Source: an uncultured Myxococcales bacterium (GTDB lineage: Bacteria > Myxococcota > UBA4151). From it: a stretch of 64,000 bases of DNA. Positions 8,333 to 21,535 of this stretch are shown one piece after another (the first letter of the stretch is position 1; each line of letters starts with the position of its first letter). The notes below the pieces were generated by a model. That model saw nothing but the letters and a program-made list of their open reading frames with translations. It made no database searches and was not told the DNA's origin. The stretch spans positions 1-64,000 of the forward strand of contig CAXGWI010000007.1 of NCBI GenBank assembly GCA_964013405.1, in the 5' to 3' direction. Position numbers and translations under genes: made by a program.

Positions 8333-9700
8333 ATGATTCGTTCTGCGGGGGTTCTTTTACTTGAAAACCAGGGCGATGTCCTGGTGATACAACGGGCCCA
8401 GGAACTTCGCTTTCAGCCCGGCTACTGGAGCTATCCAGGTGGGGGCGTTGAAGCCGATGACTTCGGCGAGACCCAGATGGTCCAGGCGGCCCGGGCGGCG
8501 CGACGGGAATGCGAAGAGGAGGTGGGCATCAGCCTGCCAGAGGAATCCCTGGCCCAGATGCGTTATCTGGGCCGCTGGAAAACGCCTCCTTATGCAGGGC
8601 GGGGCTATGATACCTTCTTCTTTGCATTGCGGATCGACGGCGACCGCCCTGAGGTCTGCGGTAATGCTGAAGTTGCCGACTGGCAGTGGGTGCCGGCGAC
8701 GACTTTTCGACAGCAATGGCAGCAGGCCGAAAAGATTGCGGCGCTACCCGTCCTGCGGGCCCTCGATGCCCTCAAGGACAGTCATGGACCGCCCTTTCAC
8801 AGCGAGCAGCAACCCCGGGGTTTTCTTTCCATGGGGGGACCAGCCTCCTACCTGCCGTTAAAAACCGCGACCTTACCACCGGGCACCCATACCAATTGCG
8901 TCAGTCTACCGACCCCTGAGGGCTTCTATTTGGTGGACCCAGCACCGGTAGACCGGGATGAACGAGCTGTGCTCCTCGCCTGCCTTGCAGAACAGCAACA
9001 AGAACACGGGCCTCTCCTCGGCCTCATCCTCACCCATCTCCATTATGACCATCTGGGTGCGGCCGCCTGGCTTGCCAAACAACTCAACAAGCAGGTCCTC
9101 GCAAGTCAGGCGACGGCCGAGGACCTGGCGGCCGGAGCCGGTGGCGGCTTGAGTGCTGGCGGTGCCAGCGGTGGGGAGCCCCTCCGTGTGGATGCCTTTC
9201 TGCAAGAGGGGGATCAACTGGGCCCCTGGCAGGTTTTAGAAACCCCTGGTCACGCTCGGGGGCACCTCTGCTTTTTTGAGGCCCGTAGCCGAGTCCTGGT
9301 CTGTGGCGACATGTGCGCCGGCGAGGGCACCATCCTCATCGAGCCTAACCAAGGGGACATGACCCTCTACCTCGCTTCGCTCCAACGCTTGGCGGATTTA
9401 GAACCCCGTCTGGCCATCCCCGCCCACGGCCAGCCCCTTGCCGAGGCAGGCCGGGCGCTACGAGCCCTCAGAAACCACCGCCTGCAACGGGAACAAAAGG
9501 TTCTCAAGGCCCTGCAAAGCCAGGGCCCAGCAGGGGCTGAAGACCTCACACCGCTGGCCTATGCGGACGCAGATCCTATGGTCTGGCCTTTGGCTCGCTT
9601 GAGCGTGGAGAGTCACCTGCGGAAGCTGGCCAATGACGGTTGCGCCCGCCAAACCGGTGACGCATGGGTGGCGGTTGACGACGGATCCATCACACTGTAG
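8333..9700 (+). CDS. NUDIX + metallo-beta-lactamase-fold hydrolase + winged-helix fusion (LACTB2-like)
   Basis: Nudix box GGGVE...ARRECEEEVG; THLHYDH, TPGHARGH, GD and PAHG MBL motifs; C-terminal ESHLRKL. Confidence 0.88.
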   Translation: MIRSAGVLLLENQGDVLVIQRAQELRFQPGYWSYPGGGVEADDFGETQMVQAARAARRECEEEVGISLPEESLAQMRYLGRWKTPPYAGRGYDTFFFALRIDGDRPEVCGNAEVADWQWVPATTFRQQWQQAEKIAALPVLRALDALKDSHGPPFHSEQQPRGFLSMGGPASYLPLKTATLPPGTHTNCVSLPTPEGFYLVDPAPVDRDERAVLLACLAEQQQEHGPLLGLILTHLHYDHLGAAAWLAKQLNKQVLASQATAEDLAAGAGGGLSAGGASGGEPLRVDAFLQEGDQLGPWQVLETPGHARGHLCFFEARSRVLVCGDMCAGEGTILIEPNQGDMTLYLASLQRLADLEPRLAIPAHGQPLAEAGRALRALRNHRLQREQKVLKALQSQGPAGAEDLTPLAYADADPMVWPLARLSVESHLRKLANDGCARQTGDAWVAVDDGSITL

Positions 9701-9732
9701 CGCCGACCATGCACCCGGACAGGACCCAAAAC

Positions 9733-12909
<3,177 letters not shown>

Positions 12910-12913
<4 letters not shown>

Positions 12914-13401
12914 AGGTCCTTCCCTGGTCTGAGGTGGCGCTGCTCGCCCTCGACGTCGACGGTGTCCTCACCGATGGACATGTGCTCTTCGATGGCGCTG
13001 GCGGCGTTCTCAAAAGGTTTTTCGTTCGGGACGGCTCCGGTATTGTTCGCCTCCGTCGAGCCGGCGTGAAGGTCTGCTGGATTACCGGCCGGGCCGATGC
13101 GGCCACCCGCCAAAGGGCCGAGGAATTGAGCATCGACCGACTCATTGAGGGTTGTCACGAGAAAGCCGAGGCCCTGAGTCGCCTCTGCTTTCATTTCCAG
13201 TGCAAAGAGGAGCAGGTGGCCTACATCGGCGATGACCTCCTCGATCTCCCCGCATTGAAGCGATCGGGCATCGCCTGCGTCCCAGCCAATGCCCACGGCG
13301 AACTCTTCGACGTCGCGGATTATGTCTGCGAGGCCGCGGGGGGCTACGGTGCCGTGCGAGAAGTCTGCGATAAGATCCTCGCGGCGAAAAAGGAGGACTA
13401 A
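12910..13401 (+). CDS. kdsC: KDO-8-phosphate phosphatase
   Basis: DVDGVLTDG, GDDLLD, GGYGAVRE. Confidence 0.95.
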
Positions 13402-13827
13402 ATGATCATGCTCATGGCCTGGATGTTTGCGACCCCAGCGACGCCTCCCCCGCCGGTGACCTTCACCGCCGAGAAATGCCGCTACGGCCAGGCGATGCGA
13501 GTTGCCAGTTGCAAGGGCAAGGTGAAGGTGCGTCGGGGCGATGCTCATCTGCGCTGTAAAGAACTCACCGTGATCTTTGACGACAAGGGAACGATCTCTC
13601 GGCTCTCCTGTGTCGGCGCCGTCCAATTCACCCGCAATGAGGAGAAGGCCACCAGTCAGCGGGCAGACTACGAACGAGACCAGGCTCGGGTGGTCCTCAA
13701 AGGCCAAGCCCAACTCAAGCGGGGCCTCGCCAAACTAGCCGGCGAGCGAGTCATCTTCCTGCTCGATAAAGACGAGGTGCTCGTAGAGGGTGGCGCCCAA
13801 GGCCAGTGGCAGGAAACCTCTCCTTGA
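13402..13827 (+). CDS. lptA: LptA/OstA-family LPS transport periplasmic protein
   Basis: Beta-jellyroll-like pattern (GKVKVRRG...GAVQF...VVLKGQAQL...GERV); directly upstream of lptB. Confidence 0.8.
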   Translation: MIMLMAWMFATPATPPPPVTFTAEKCRYGQAMRVASCKGKVKVRRGDAHLRCKELTVIFDDKGTISRLSCVGAVQFTRNEEKATSQRADYERDQARVVLKGQAQLKRGLAKLAGERVIFLLDKDEVLVEGGAQGQWQETSP

Positions 13828-14537
13828 GTCTTCTTCTCGCCAAAGGTCTTGTTCGCCGCTTCGGCAACCGCCGCGTCGTGGATGGTGTTGATCTCACCTT
13901 AGAGCCTGGTCAAACTGTGGGCTTGCTTGGCCCCAATGGGGCAGGAAAAACGACGACCTTTCGCTTGATTGCGGGGCTGTTGCGCCCGGAGCAGGGGCGA
14001 ATCGAGTTCGATGGAAAGGATGTCTCCGACTGGCCCTTGCACCGCCGAGCACGGGCAGGCTTGGGTTATTTGGCCCAAGAATGCTCCCTGTTTCCCGGCA
14101 TGAGCGTCCGGGAGAACCTGCTGACCGCGGCGGCCCTCGGTGGCATTCGCAAGGATGAGGCGAGGGAGCGGGCAGATGCTTTGCTCGAGCGCTTGGATCT
14201 TGGCCGGGTGGAACACGCCCAGGATCACACCCTTTCCGGCGGCGAGCGGCGGCGAGCCGAGATCGGCCGGGCGCTGATGGTGAACCCCAAGGTTTTGCTC
14301 TTTGATGAGCCCTTTGCTGGCGTTGACCCGGTGGCCGTTGCATCCCTGCAAGAAGAGATTCAGAAGCTGGCCAGCACGGGGCTGGCGGTCCTGATTACCG
14401 ACCACGCCGTTGCGGCAACCTTTGCCATTTGTGATCAGGTTTCGATCTTGAATGAAGGCCGAGTCCTCGTCAGCGGTGCACCGGAGACCGTGAGTTCGGA
14501 CCCCCTCGTCCGTGCTGCCTATTTAGGGCCCGAGTAG
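13824..14537 (+). CDS. lptB: LPS export ABC transporter ATPase LptB
   Basis: GLLGPNGAGKTT, LSGGERRRAEI, DEPFAGVDP, LITDH; TTG start overlapping the lptA stop. Confidence 0.96.
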   Translation: MSLLLAKGLVRRFGNRRVVDGVDLTLEPGQTVGLLGPNGAGKTTTFRLIAGLLRPEQGRIEFDGKDVSDWPLHRRARAGLGYLAQECSLFPGMSVRENLLTAAALGGIRKDEARERADALLERLDLGRVEHAQDHTLSGGERRRAEIGRALMVNPKVLLFDEPFAGVDPVAVASLQEEIQKLASTGLAVLITDHAVAATFAICDQVSILNEGRVLVSGAPETVSSDPLVRAAYLGPE

Positions 14538-14615
14538 AGGCAAATTACGGCCGGGGGGCTTGCCATCAGGTCCCTCGGGCCCCATCATAGTGTGTGGAGG
14601 TCCTCTAGAACCCAC

Positions 14616-16082
14616 GTGTATCCCTCCCTGCAGCAAAACCTGAAGGTATCCCAGCAACTGCGGATGACCCCGCAGCTCCAGCAGGCCGTCAAACTCTTGC
14701 AGTACAACCGGGCCGAACTCAGCGAGTTTATCGCCAAGGAACTCGAGGAAAACCCCACCCTGGAAAGGAATGAAGACAGGCCAGAAGAGGTCTCTCTTGA
14801 GGAGGCCAACTACGAAGGCGCGCTGCAGGAAAAGTCGACCATTTCCGAAACGAGCAAAGAGCGAGTCGAAGCGACGGAGAACCAGCCCGAGATCGACTGG
14901 AACCGGGTCGACTTAAACGACCGCGTCCTTCGCCCAGCGCCGCCAAGCCGCCAAGACGACCTCCCAGGTTATGATCAAACGCTGACCCGGGAGGACACCC
15001 TCTCCGAGCACTTGGTTTGGCAACTTCGGATGCAACCGCTCACCCCAGAGGACTTCGCCCTGGGCGTCCAAATCATCGGCAACCTGGATGATCGAGGCTA
15101 TTTCACCGACGGCTTGGAGGGCTGGAACGCCTTTGTCGCCGCCGAGGCCCTTGATGGCGACCAAGCAGAAGCGGTCCGTCAAGGGATCATGTTGATGGAC
15201 CCTTTAGGGGCTGGCGCCCTCGACTTGAGAGAGTGCCTGCTCCTTCAACTCCAGTTGGCCGGCCACGAAGGTGACCTTGCCTGGCGACTGGTGGCCGACC
15301 ATCTTGAGGATTTGGGCTCATTAGATCTTCGCAAGTTGGCCCGCAGCGCCCGAGTGAGCGTGGAAGAACTCGAAGAAGCCAAGCAATTGATCAGCATGCT
15401 TGAGCCTTGCCCGGGCCGCCCATTTACGAACAGTGAAACCGAACGCAACCCCTTCATCACCCCCGACGTCTGCATTCTCAAGCAAGGGGGAGAGTGGGTT
15501 GTCCATCTCAACGAAGACGGCATGCCGCGACTTCGGGTGAGCAAATACTACCAAACAGCCTATCGTAGTGGGCGATTAGCCGGCGAAGAACGTAACTATG
15601 TCGTTGAGCGACTCCGTCGGGCCGAGTGGGTGACGAAGTCGATTCTGCAACGGCAACAGACTATTCGGAAAGTGGTCACGAGCCTGCTTCGTTTCCAAAG
15701 GGATTTCTTTGAGCGGGGTCCAGCCCATCTAAAACCGTTGGTGCTCAAGGATGTCGCTGAAGACATCGGCATGCACGAATCCACCGTCAGCCGAGTCACC
15801 TCAAACAAGTACGCTGAAACCCCCCAGGGGCTTTTTGAACTCAAGTATTTCTTTTCCGCGCGAATCCAAAGTCTCGGCGGGCGCGAAGACGTCAGCGCCG
15901 AGGCTGTCCGACAAAGAATCGGCTCCATCGTGGGCCGGGAAGATTGCACCAAGCCCTACAGCGATTCCGACCTGGTCCGCTTGCTTCGAGCGGAAGGAAT
16001 CGACATCGCCCGGCGAACCGTCGCCAAATATCGTGAACAACTCCGAATCCCCGCGGCAGGAAAGCGTCGGGTCCGGAGATAA
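14616..16082 (+). CDS. rpoN: RNA polymerase sigma-54 factor
   Basis: MTPQLQQAVKLLQ region I, HESTVSR HTH, ARRTVAKYRE RpoN box. Start GTG 14616 (alternative 14592). Confidence 0.98.
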   Translation: MYPSLQQNLKVSQQLRMTPQLQQAVKLLQYNRAELSEFIAKELEENPTLERNEDRPEEVSLEEANYEGALQEKSTISETSKERVEATENQPEIDWNRVDLNDRVLRPAPPSRQDDLPGYDQTLTREDTLSEHLVWQLRMQPLTPEDFALGVQIIGNLDDRGYFTDGLEGWNAFVAAEALDGDQAEAVRQGIMLMDPLGAGALDLRECLLLQLQLAGHEGDLAWRLVADHLEDLGSLDLRKLARSARVSVEELEEAKQLISMLEPCPGRPFTNSETERNPFITPDVCILKQGGEWVVHLNEDGMPRLRVSKYYQTAYRSGRLAGEERNYVVERLRRAEWVTKSILQRQQTIRKVVTSLLRFQRDFFERGPAHLKPLVLKDVAEDIGMHESTVSRVTSNKYAETPQGLFELKYFFSARIQSLGGREDVSAEAVRQRIGSIVGREDCTKPYSDSDLVRLLRAEGIDIARRTVAKYREQLRIPAAGKRRVRR

Positions 16083-16121
16083 TGCATCGCTGCCAATCAG
16101 CGATAGAAGAGGAGAAAATCG

Positions 16122-16694
16122 ATGCAAGTCCAAGTCACATTCCGCCATATGGAGCCTACGAGCGCACTCAAGAGCTATACCAGCGAGCGCATTGGCCGCA
16201 TCGAAAAACAACTGGCCAAAGAGAGTGCCGCTGAAGTCATTCTGAGCGTCGAGCGCCACCATCACATGGCCGATATCAAGTTACGCTCTGGCGGCGTGAA
16301 CATGCGTGGAAGGGAATCTTCAACGGACATGTACAACTCCATTGACCGGGCGATCGCAAAGATCGAGCGGCAATTGGGTCGCTACCAAGGTAAGCTCAGA
16401 CGGTTTATTCAGCCCCCCACCGCTCAACAGGTGGCGCTGCACACCCTGGAACAGCCCGACGACGTCGATGGCCAAGTCTCAGAGCAGGAACAGCCGGAAG
16501 TCGTCAGGACAACGCTGGTGGACGCCAAGCCACTGACCACGGAAGAGGCCATTATGCAGATGGACCTCCTGCACCGAGAGTTCCTCGTCTTTGTCGATGC
16601 GGACAGTCGGCAGATCAAAGTGCTCTACCGCATGGATGAAGGCAAACTCGGACTCATCGATACCGCTGGTGATGAGCCCATAGGCAACGCTTAG
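16122..16694 (+). CDS. hpf: ribosome hibernation promoting factor, long HPF
   Basis: VTFRHM, DMYNSID...KIERQL; C-terminal KPLTTEEAIMQMDLL...FLVF...VLYR domain. Confidence 0.95.
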   Translation: MQVQVTFRHMEPTSALKSYTSERIGRIEKQLAKESAAEVILSVERHHHMADIKLRSGGVNMRGRESSTDMYNSIDRAIAKIERQLGRYQGKLRRFIQPPTAQQVALHTLEQPDDVDGQVSEQEQPEVVRTTLVDAKPLTTEEAIMQMDLLHREFLVFVDADSRQIKVLYRMDEGKLGLIDTAGDEPIGNA

Positions 16695-16759
16695 AACAAG
16701 CAAAGCAACGCATGTAGAGAACGCTGCTTGAGAGGCTAGATCGGATGGAGGATGCCCCT

Positions 16760-17626
16760 ATGACCGCGGAACGCCTCGTGGTCGTTGCCGGACTCAGCGG
16801 GAGTGGGAAGTCGACGGTTTTAAACCGGCTAGAGGACTTGGGCTACCGGGTGGTCCATAACCTCCCTGTACCCCTTGTCGACGGGTGGTTATCCTGGGCT
16901 CGCACCATCGACCCCCACGCCCCCAAAGCCATCGGCTTGGACGCCAGTGGAGTGGATGATCTCGAGTCCATGACCTGGTTTCAGAACCAAAATCACGCCG
17001 AACTCAGCGACTTGGTCTTCTTGCGGGCCAGTGACGAAGAACTACTCAGGCGGTATTCAGTCACTCGACGTCGGCACCCCAACAGCGCCGAGGAAAAAAC
17101 CCTCAAGGAAGCCCTAGAACTCGAGCAAAGCCGCCTTCAACCCCTCAAGGAGGCCGCAAGCTATTGTCTCGACACGACAAAGATGACGGCCAGCCAACTC
17201 AAAGAATGGGTGGTTCAAGTCTTTGGTCAGAATCTACAGCAGGGTCTGCGAGTCACGCTTATGAGCTTCGGCTTTAAGTATGGGATTCCCACATACTTGG
17301 ACATCTGTGCGGATTTGAGGTTCCTCCTCAACCCCTACTATGATCTCGAACTCCGCCCGCTAACCGGCCACGATGCCGCAATCTATGACTACGTCATGGG
17401 CCAAGAAGACGCCCGACGATGGCTTGATGAGTTTACCGAGTCACTCCTGTGGCAGCATCAGGCTTTCGAGGCACGGGGGAAGGTTCATCTCTCCATTGGA
17501 CTCGGCTGTACCGGCGGACAGCACCGATCGGTCACCCTGGCTCGGGCCCTCGCTGAACGCCTACAAGAACAGGGCATCAGTGTTGACCTGCGACATCGAG
17601 AAACACCGGCACCCAAATCCCTTTAG
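16760..17626 (+). CDS. rapZ: RapZ/YvcJ-family P-loop RNase adapter protein
   Basis: GLSGSGKS, RRYSVTRRRHP, SFGFKYG, RFLLNPYY, GCTGGQHRSV; GGAGGA RBS before ATG 16760. Confidence 0.95.
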   Translation: MTAERLVVVAGLSGSGKSTVLNRLEDLGYRVVHNLPVPLVDGWLSWARTIDPHAPKAIGLDASGVDDLESMTWFQNQNHAELSDLVFLRASDEELLRRYSVTRRRHPNSAEEKTLKEALELEQSRLQPLKEAASYCLDTTKMTASQLKEWVVQVFGQNLQQGLRVTLMSFGFKYGIPTYLDICADLRFLLNPYYDLELRPLTGHDAAIYDYVMGQEDARRWLDEFTESLLWQHQAFEARGKVHLSIGLGCTGGQHRSVTLARALAERLQEQGISVDLRHRETPAPKSL

Positions 17627-17674
17627 GGCTCGGCCGGTCCGTGTTACGGGGCCCCGCCCCCTGGGAGGAAATCC

Positions 17675-18121
17675 TTGGTCTCCGTACTCCTCGTCACCCA
17701 CAGCCCCCTTGCGAACGCTCTGAGTGAAGCTGCTCGCTGGATTCTCGGCCGGGAGTTCGAGGACTTTCACGCACTGGACCTCGACCCTGCAGCCAGCCCC
17801 CAAGAACACTTGTCTGAATTGGAACGTACCCTCAGCCGATTGGATGGGGAGCAGGTGCTCATCCTTACCGACCTTTTTGGCGGCACACCCCACAACTTGG
17901 CACTCACCCAATTGGAACCAGGTCGCGTCGAAGTTGTTTCCGGCGCAAACCTCCCCATGATGTTGGCTTTGGATGGCTTACGAAAAGAGTGCAGCACTGT
18001 CGCCGAACTCGCACCGGCAATCGCAAAAAAAGGACGCCACGCTGTGGTGGATGCGGGGGGCAGCCTCAAGCGCCATCGCCACGAGTTTGGCACCGGTGAG
18101 ATCCCGGCTCTAGACCCATGA
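17675..18121 (+). CDS. PTS EIIA, mannose/fructose family
   Basis: LLVTH (phospho-His), LTDLFGGTP, GANLPM. Confidence 0.93.
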   Translation: MVSVLLVTHSPLANALSEAARWILGREFEDFHALDLDPAASPQEHLSELERTLSRLDGEQVLILTDLFGGTPHNLALTQLEPGRVEVVSGANLPMMLALDGLRKECSTVAELAPAIAKKGRHAVVDAGGSLKRHRHEFGTGEIPALDP

Positions 18122-18390
18122 AAATCGCACAAACATTTACCCTTAAAAACCAACTCGGACTACACGCTCGGGCTGCTGCCCGGCTGGTTTCCCTACTCAG
18201 CCAAGCCGAAGGCGATGTTTGGGTCCGCTATGGCGATCGGGAAGTGAACGGCAAGTCCATCCTGGGCCTCTTGACGCTGTCCGCCCCCAAATCGACAGCG
18301 ATTGAGATCGAAGTGGAGGGCGAAACCAGTCAAGACATCCTCGATGCCGTTGCCACCTTGATCGAGGATCGATTCGGCGAAGCCAATTGA
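18118..18390 (+). CDS. ptsH: phosphocarrier protein HPr
   Basis: GLHARAA and NGKSILGLLTL motifs. Confidence 0.95.
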   Translation: MKIAQTFTLKNQLGLHARAAARLVSLLSQAEGDVWVRYGDREVNGKSILGLLTLSAPKSTAIEIEVEGETSQDILDAVATLIEDRFGEAN

Positions 18391-20150
18391 CCGCGCCCTG
18401 GCGCGTTGCCCTGACGGGTCAACCCATTGGTATTGGTGCCCTTCGGGGCCGAGCTCGACGCCTGGATTCCGGTGATCGAGAGGCAAGTCACCGACACCTC
18501 AATACCGTCGATCTGGGGCCTGAGATCCAGAGGTTTGACCGGGCCGTCGATGTGGTGGCTCACGAACTCCAAATGGCCGCACAGGAGATCGCCAACCGCT
18601 CCGGTCTCACCGGGGAGGCCGCAGAAGTCCTCCAAGCCCACATCACGCTGGTACGAGACCCCGAGTTGCGGGGTCGGGTGGTCAGCCTCATGCGCAGTCA
18701 GGGGATCAATGCGAGTTGGGCTGTGGATCAGGTCTTGGATCAAGTCGGTCAGGAATTCCACGACGCTGGCGTTCCCTACTTGGCCGAACGGCAGGTCGAC
18801 ATTGTCCAAGTCGGCCGTCGATTGGTGGCCCAACTAGAGCGTAGATCGGTGCCCCCGATGGAATCGGAGGACTTCGAATCGATGATCGTCGTGGCCGATG
18901 ATCTAGGTCCCCATCAGGCACTGGAGCTACTGGATCAGGGTATTGCTGCCATCGTGGTTCAAAGCGGCTCGCCAACCTCCCACCTGGCATTGCTTTGCCG
19001 GGCTTTTGATTGTCCTGCGCTCATGGGCGTAGATGGTGCGCTCAACCTTCTTGCGGATGGTGACGACCTGCTCCTCGACCTCGACCGGAGCCTCTTGGTT
19101 CGAAACCCGGAGTCGACCGATCTAGAACCTCTCCAAACACGTCAGGGTATCAGCGACCTCGGGAGTGAGGCCCCCCAATCCCTATGCGGTGAAGCCATCA
19201 CCTTGCTCGCCAACGTGGATGTACGCCAGGCCTTGGATCTGGCCGAAGCACAGGGTGCTCAGGGCGTCGGCCTTTTCCGAAGTGAGTTTCTTTGGCGTGA
19301 CGGCAAAGAGCCCAGCGAAGGGCTCCAGTGTGAGACCTACGAGTTGCTCCTGCAACGCATGCCGAGCGTCACGGTTCGAACCTTCGATCTCGGCAGTGAC
19401 AAGATGCCTAGTTTGGGCCGACGGGAGGCGAATCCCGCCCTGGGACTACGGGCGCTGCGGCGCTACCAACGAGAGCCACTTGTCTTCGAGCGCCAAGTGC
19501 GTTGCTTGGTCGCCTCGGCCCGCTCCGCCGGCAAGCGGCTGGGTATTCTCCTTCCCATGGTTGATGGTCTCGATAGCTTTCGTTGGGCAAAAACGAGGAT
19601 CGAGAGCATCGCCAACCAACTTGGCTGTCAGCGGGGACAACACTATCAACTTGGGGTCATGATCGAGTTGCCTGCGGCGATCTTTCACATCGATGAACTC
19701 GCGGCAGTGGCTGATTTCTTTTGCTTAGGAAGTAACGACCTCGTCCAGTATCTGCTGGCTGTGGACCGGGAGAACCCCGAACTCTCCGAAGCGGCTGACC
19801 CTCGTCACCCGGCCGTGCTTGCAGCGATTCACCATGTCTACGATGCGGCCCGCAAAGCCGGCATTGATTGCACCTGTTGTGGAGATTTCGCAGCCACGGA
19901 GGCGGGCGCTGTCTTGCTGCTCGGATTTGGGGCTCGGCGCCTCAGCCTCCCCCCGGCCGAGTTGCAAGAGATGAATCGGTTTCTCAAGAACGTCGCCATG
20001 AAAGATGCTGAGATGATCGCCGAGCAGGCTCTGGCCATCCCAGATCGACGTCGGCTCCAGAATTATTTGGATCAGGTGATCCCAACGCTCGACTCAGGCC
20101 GCGGGCGAAGGGGCTTCGAAGGGGACCTGAGGGGCATCAGCCCAGAGTGA
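18387..20150 (+). CDS. ptsI: PEP-protein phosphotransferase (PTS enzyme I)
   Basis: SPTSHLA (phospho-His), GVGLFRSE, EANPALGLR, MIELP, GSNDLVQY, CGD. Confidence 0.95.
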   Translation: MTAPWRVALTGQPIGIGALRGRARRLDSGDREASHRHLNTVDLGPEIQRFDRAVDVVAHELQMAAQEIANRSGLTGEAAEVLQAHITLVRDPELRGRVVSLMRSQGINASWAVDQVLDQVGQEFHDAGVPYLAERQVDIVQVGRRLVAQLERRSVPPMESEDFESMIVVADDLGPHQALELLDQGIAAIVVQSGSPTSHLALLCRAFDCPALMGVDGALNLLADGDDLLLDLDRSLLVRNPESTDLEPLQTRQGISDLGSEAPQSLCGEAITLLANVDVRQALDLAEAQGAQGVGLFRSEFLWRDGKEPSEGLQCETYELLLQRMPSVTVRTFDLGSDKMPSLGRREANPALGLRALRRYQREPLVFERQVRCLVASARSAGKRLGILLPMVDGLDSFRWAKTRIESIANQLGCQRGQHYQLGVMIELPAAIFHIDELAAVADFFCLGSNDLVQYLLAVDRENPELSEAADPRHPAVLAAIHHVYDAARKAGIDCTCCGDFAATEAGAVLLLGFGARRLSLPPAELQEMNRFLKNVAMKDAEMIAEQALAIPDRRRLQNYLDQVIPTLDSGRGRRGFEGDLRGISPE

Positions 20151-20453
20151 CTCGATGTCGTAGTACATCCGGGCCGGCCGGTAGAAGAGATGGACAATAA
20201 CATCACCGAGATCGAGCAAGACCCAGTTACCCTGCTCGCCCCCCTCTTTGCCCAGACGCTCAAGCCCCACATCCGATGCAACCCGAGCCAGTCGCTCGGC
20301 CAAGGCATTCACATGACGATCTGAGGTCCCGGAGACGAGCAAGAGAATATCTGTGTAGGGACAGCGACCACGGACATCGATCAGATTGATTTCCTCACCC
20401 TTCATCTGGTCTGCCTCATTGGCCAGCCGCTTCGCTTGCTCGATGATATCGAT
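20094..20453 (-). CDS. rsfS: ribosome silencing factor RsfS (probable ATC start at 20453/20447; first ATG at 20405)
   Basis: KGEEINLIDV, SGTSDRHVNALA, WVLLDLGDVIVHLF, RMYYDIESLW. Confidence 0.93.
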   Translation of the reverse strand: MDIIEQAKRLANEADQMKGEEINLIDVRGRCPYTDILLLVSGTSDRHVNALAERLARVASDVGLERLGKEGGEQGNWVLLDLGDVIVHLFYRPARMYYDIESLWADAPQVPFEAPSPAA

Positions 20454-20461
20454 GGCGCCTC

Positions 20462-21535
20462 CTAGCGATTCCTCATCACGAGATCATCCCTGTGAATCAA
20501 GATCTGATCCGTGCATTCGCCCTGCCGTAATAGCTCATCCAGTGCCCCTCGGTCGAGTCGGATCAGTCCCCGGCCAAGTTCAAGCTCCGAAGCCGGGCCC
20601 TTAAGCACCACACTGTCGCCCCGGCGGAAATCCCCCTCCACTCCAGCGAGCCCGACCGCAAGCAGTGAGGCACCTCCGGTTTCCAGGGCCTGTTGAGCCC
20701 CCGCGTCGACCCGCAGTGCTCCCGCTGGCTCAAGGGTATTGGCGATCCAATCGCGGCGAGCGGGCCGTTGACGGCCCTGGGCTGGAATGACCGTCCCAAA
20801 GGCGGAGCCGCTCATCACAGCGGTCCAGTTATCGGGAAGCCGGCCCGAGGCGATGATGACCTCAATCCCCTGCTCCTGCGCGCGGCGGGCCGAACGCAAC
20901 TTACTCCCCATGCCGCCACAGCCAAGCGCGCCCGGTGGCCCCATCGCCGCGATCAACTCCTCGCTGATCGTCTCCAAACGATGGAGGCGTTGAGCTTCGG
21001 AGTTCGTCCGCGGGTCGGCGTCGTAAACGCCATCTTCCACCGTCATCAGGATCAACTGACCGGCCTCCACCATGGCCGCAACCTCAACGGCGAGGCGGTC
21101 GTTGTCGCCAAAGCGAAGGGCTTCATCCGAAACGACATCGTTCTCGTTGATCACAGGAACGATCCCGCTCTGGAGCAGCAAGCGCAAAACACCACAGGCT
21201 TGAAGGTAACGCCCGCGGTCCTGGATATCCGAGGGGGTAAGCAGGACTTGGGCTGGTTGCAGGCCGTAGACTTCAAAGGCCTCACGGTAGCGACTCATTA
21301 AGCGGGCCTGCCCCACCGCTGCAGACGCCTGCTTACGAACCAAAGCGGCGCCTCCGCTCCCCCGGAGCATCGGGCGCCCAAGGGCCACGGCACCGGAAGA
21401 AACCACAAGGCTGGGCTGACCTTCTTCCCATCGTTGGGCCACAGCCTGAGCCAGGGGTTCGAGGACTGCCTCGTCAAACTGGCCGGCTGTATCACTCAGC
21501 AAAGCCGAACCCAGTTTAATGACCAGGGGTTTCAT
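20462..21535 (-). CDS. proB: glutamate 5-kinase
   Basis: VIKLGS, VSSGAV, AAVGQ, PVINEND, FGDNDRLA, GGMGSKL; C-terminal PUA domain (IHRDDLV). Confidence 0.97.
   Translation of the reverse strand: MKPLVIKLGSALLSDTAGQFDEAVLEPLAQAVAQRWEEGQPSLVVSSGAVALGRPMLRGSGGAALVRKQASAAVGQARLMSRYREAFEVYGLQPAQVLLTPSDIQDRGRYLQACGVLRLLLQSGIVPVINENDVVSDEALRFGDNDRLAVEVAAMVEAGQLILMTVEDGVYDADPRTNSEAQRLHRLETISEELIAAMGPPGALGCGGMGSKLRSARRAQEQGIEVIIASGRLPDNWTAVMSGSAFGTVIPAQGRQRPARRDWIANTLEPAGALRVDAGAQQALETGGASLLAVGLAGVEGDFRRGDSVVLKGPASELELGRGLIRLDRGALDELLRQGECTDQILIHRDDLVMRNR

Noticed and set aside
20094..20150. 57-nt convergent overlap of the ptsI and rsfS 3' ends
   Set aside because: Involves only low-conservation tails; common in compact GC-rich genomes.
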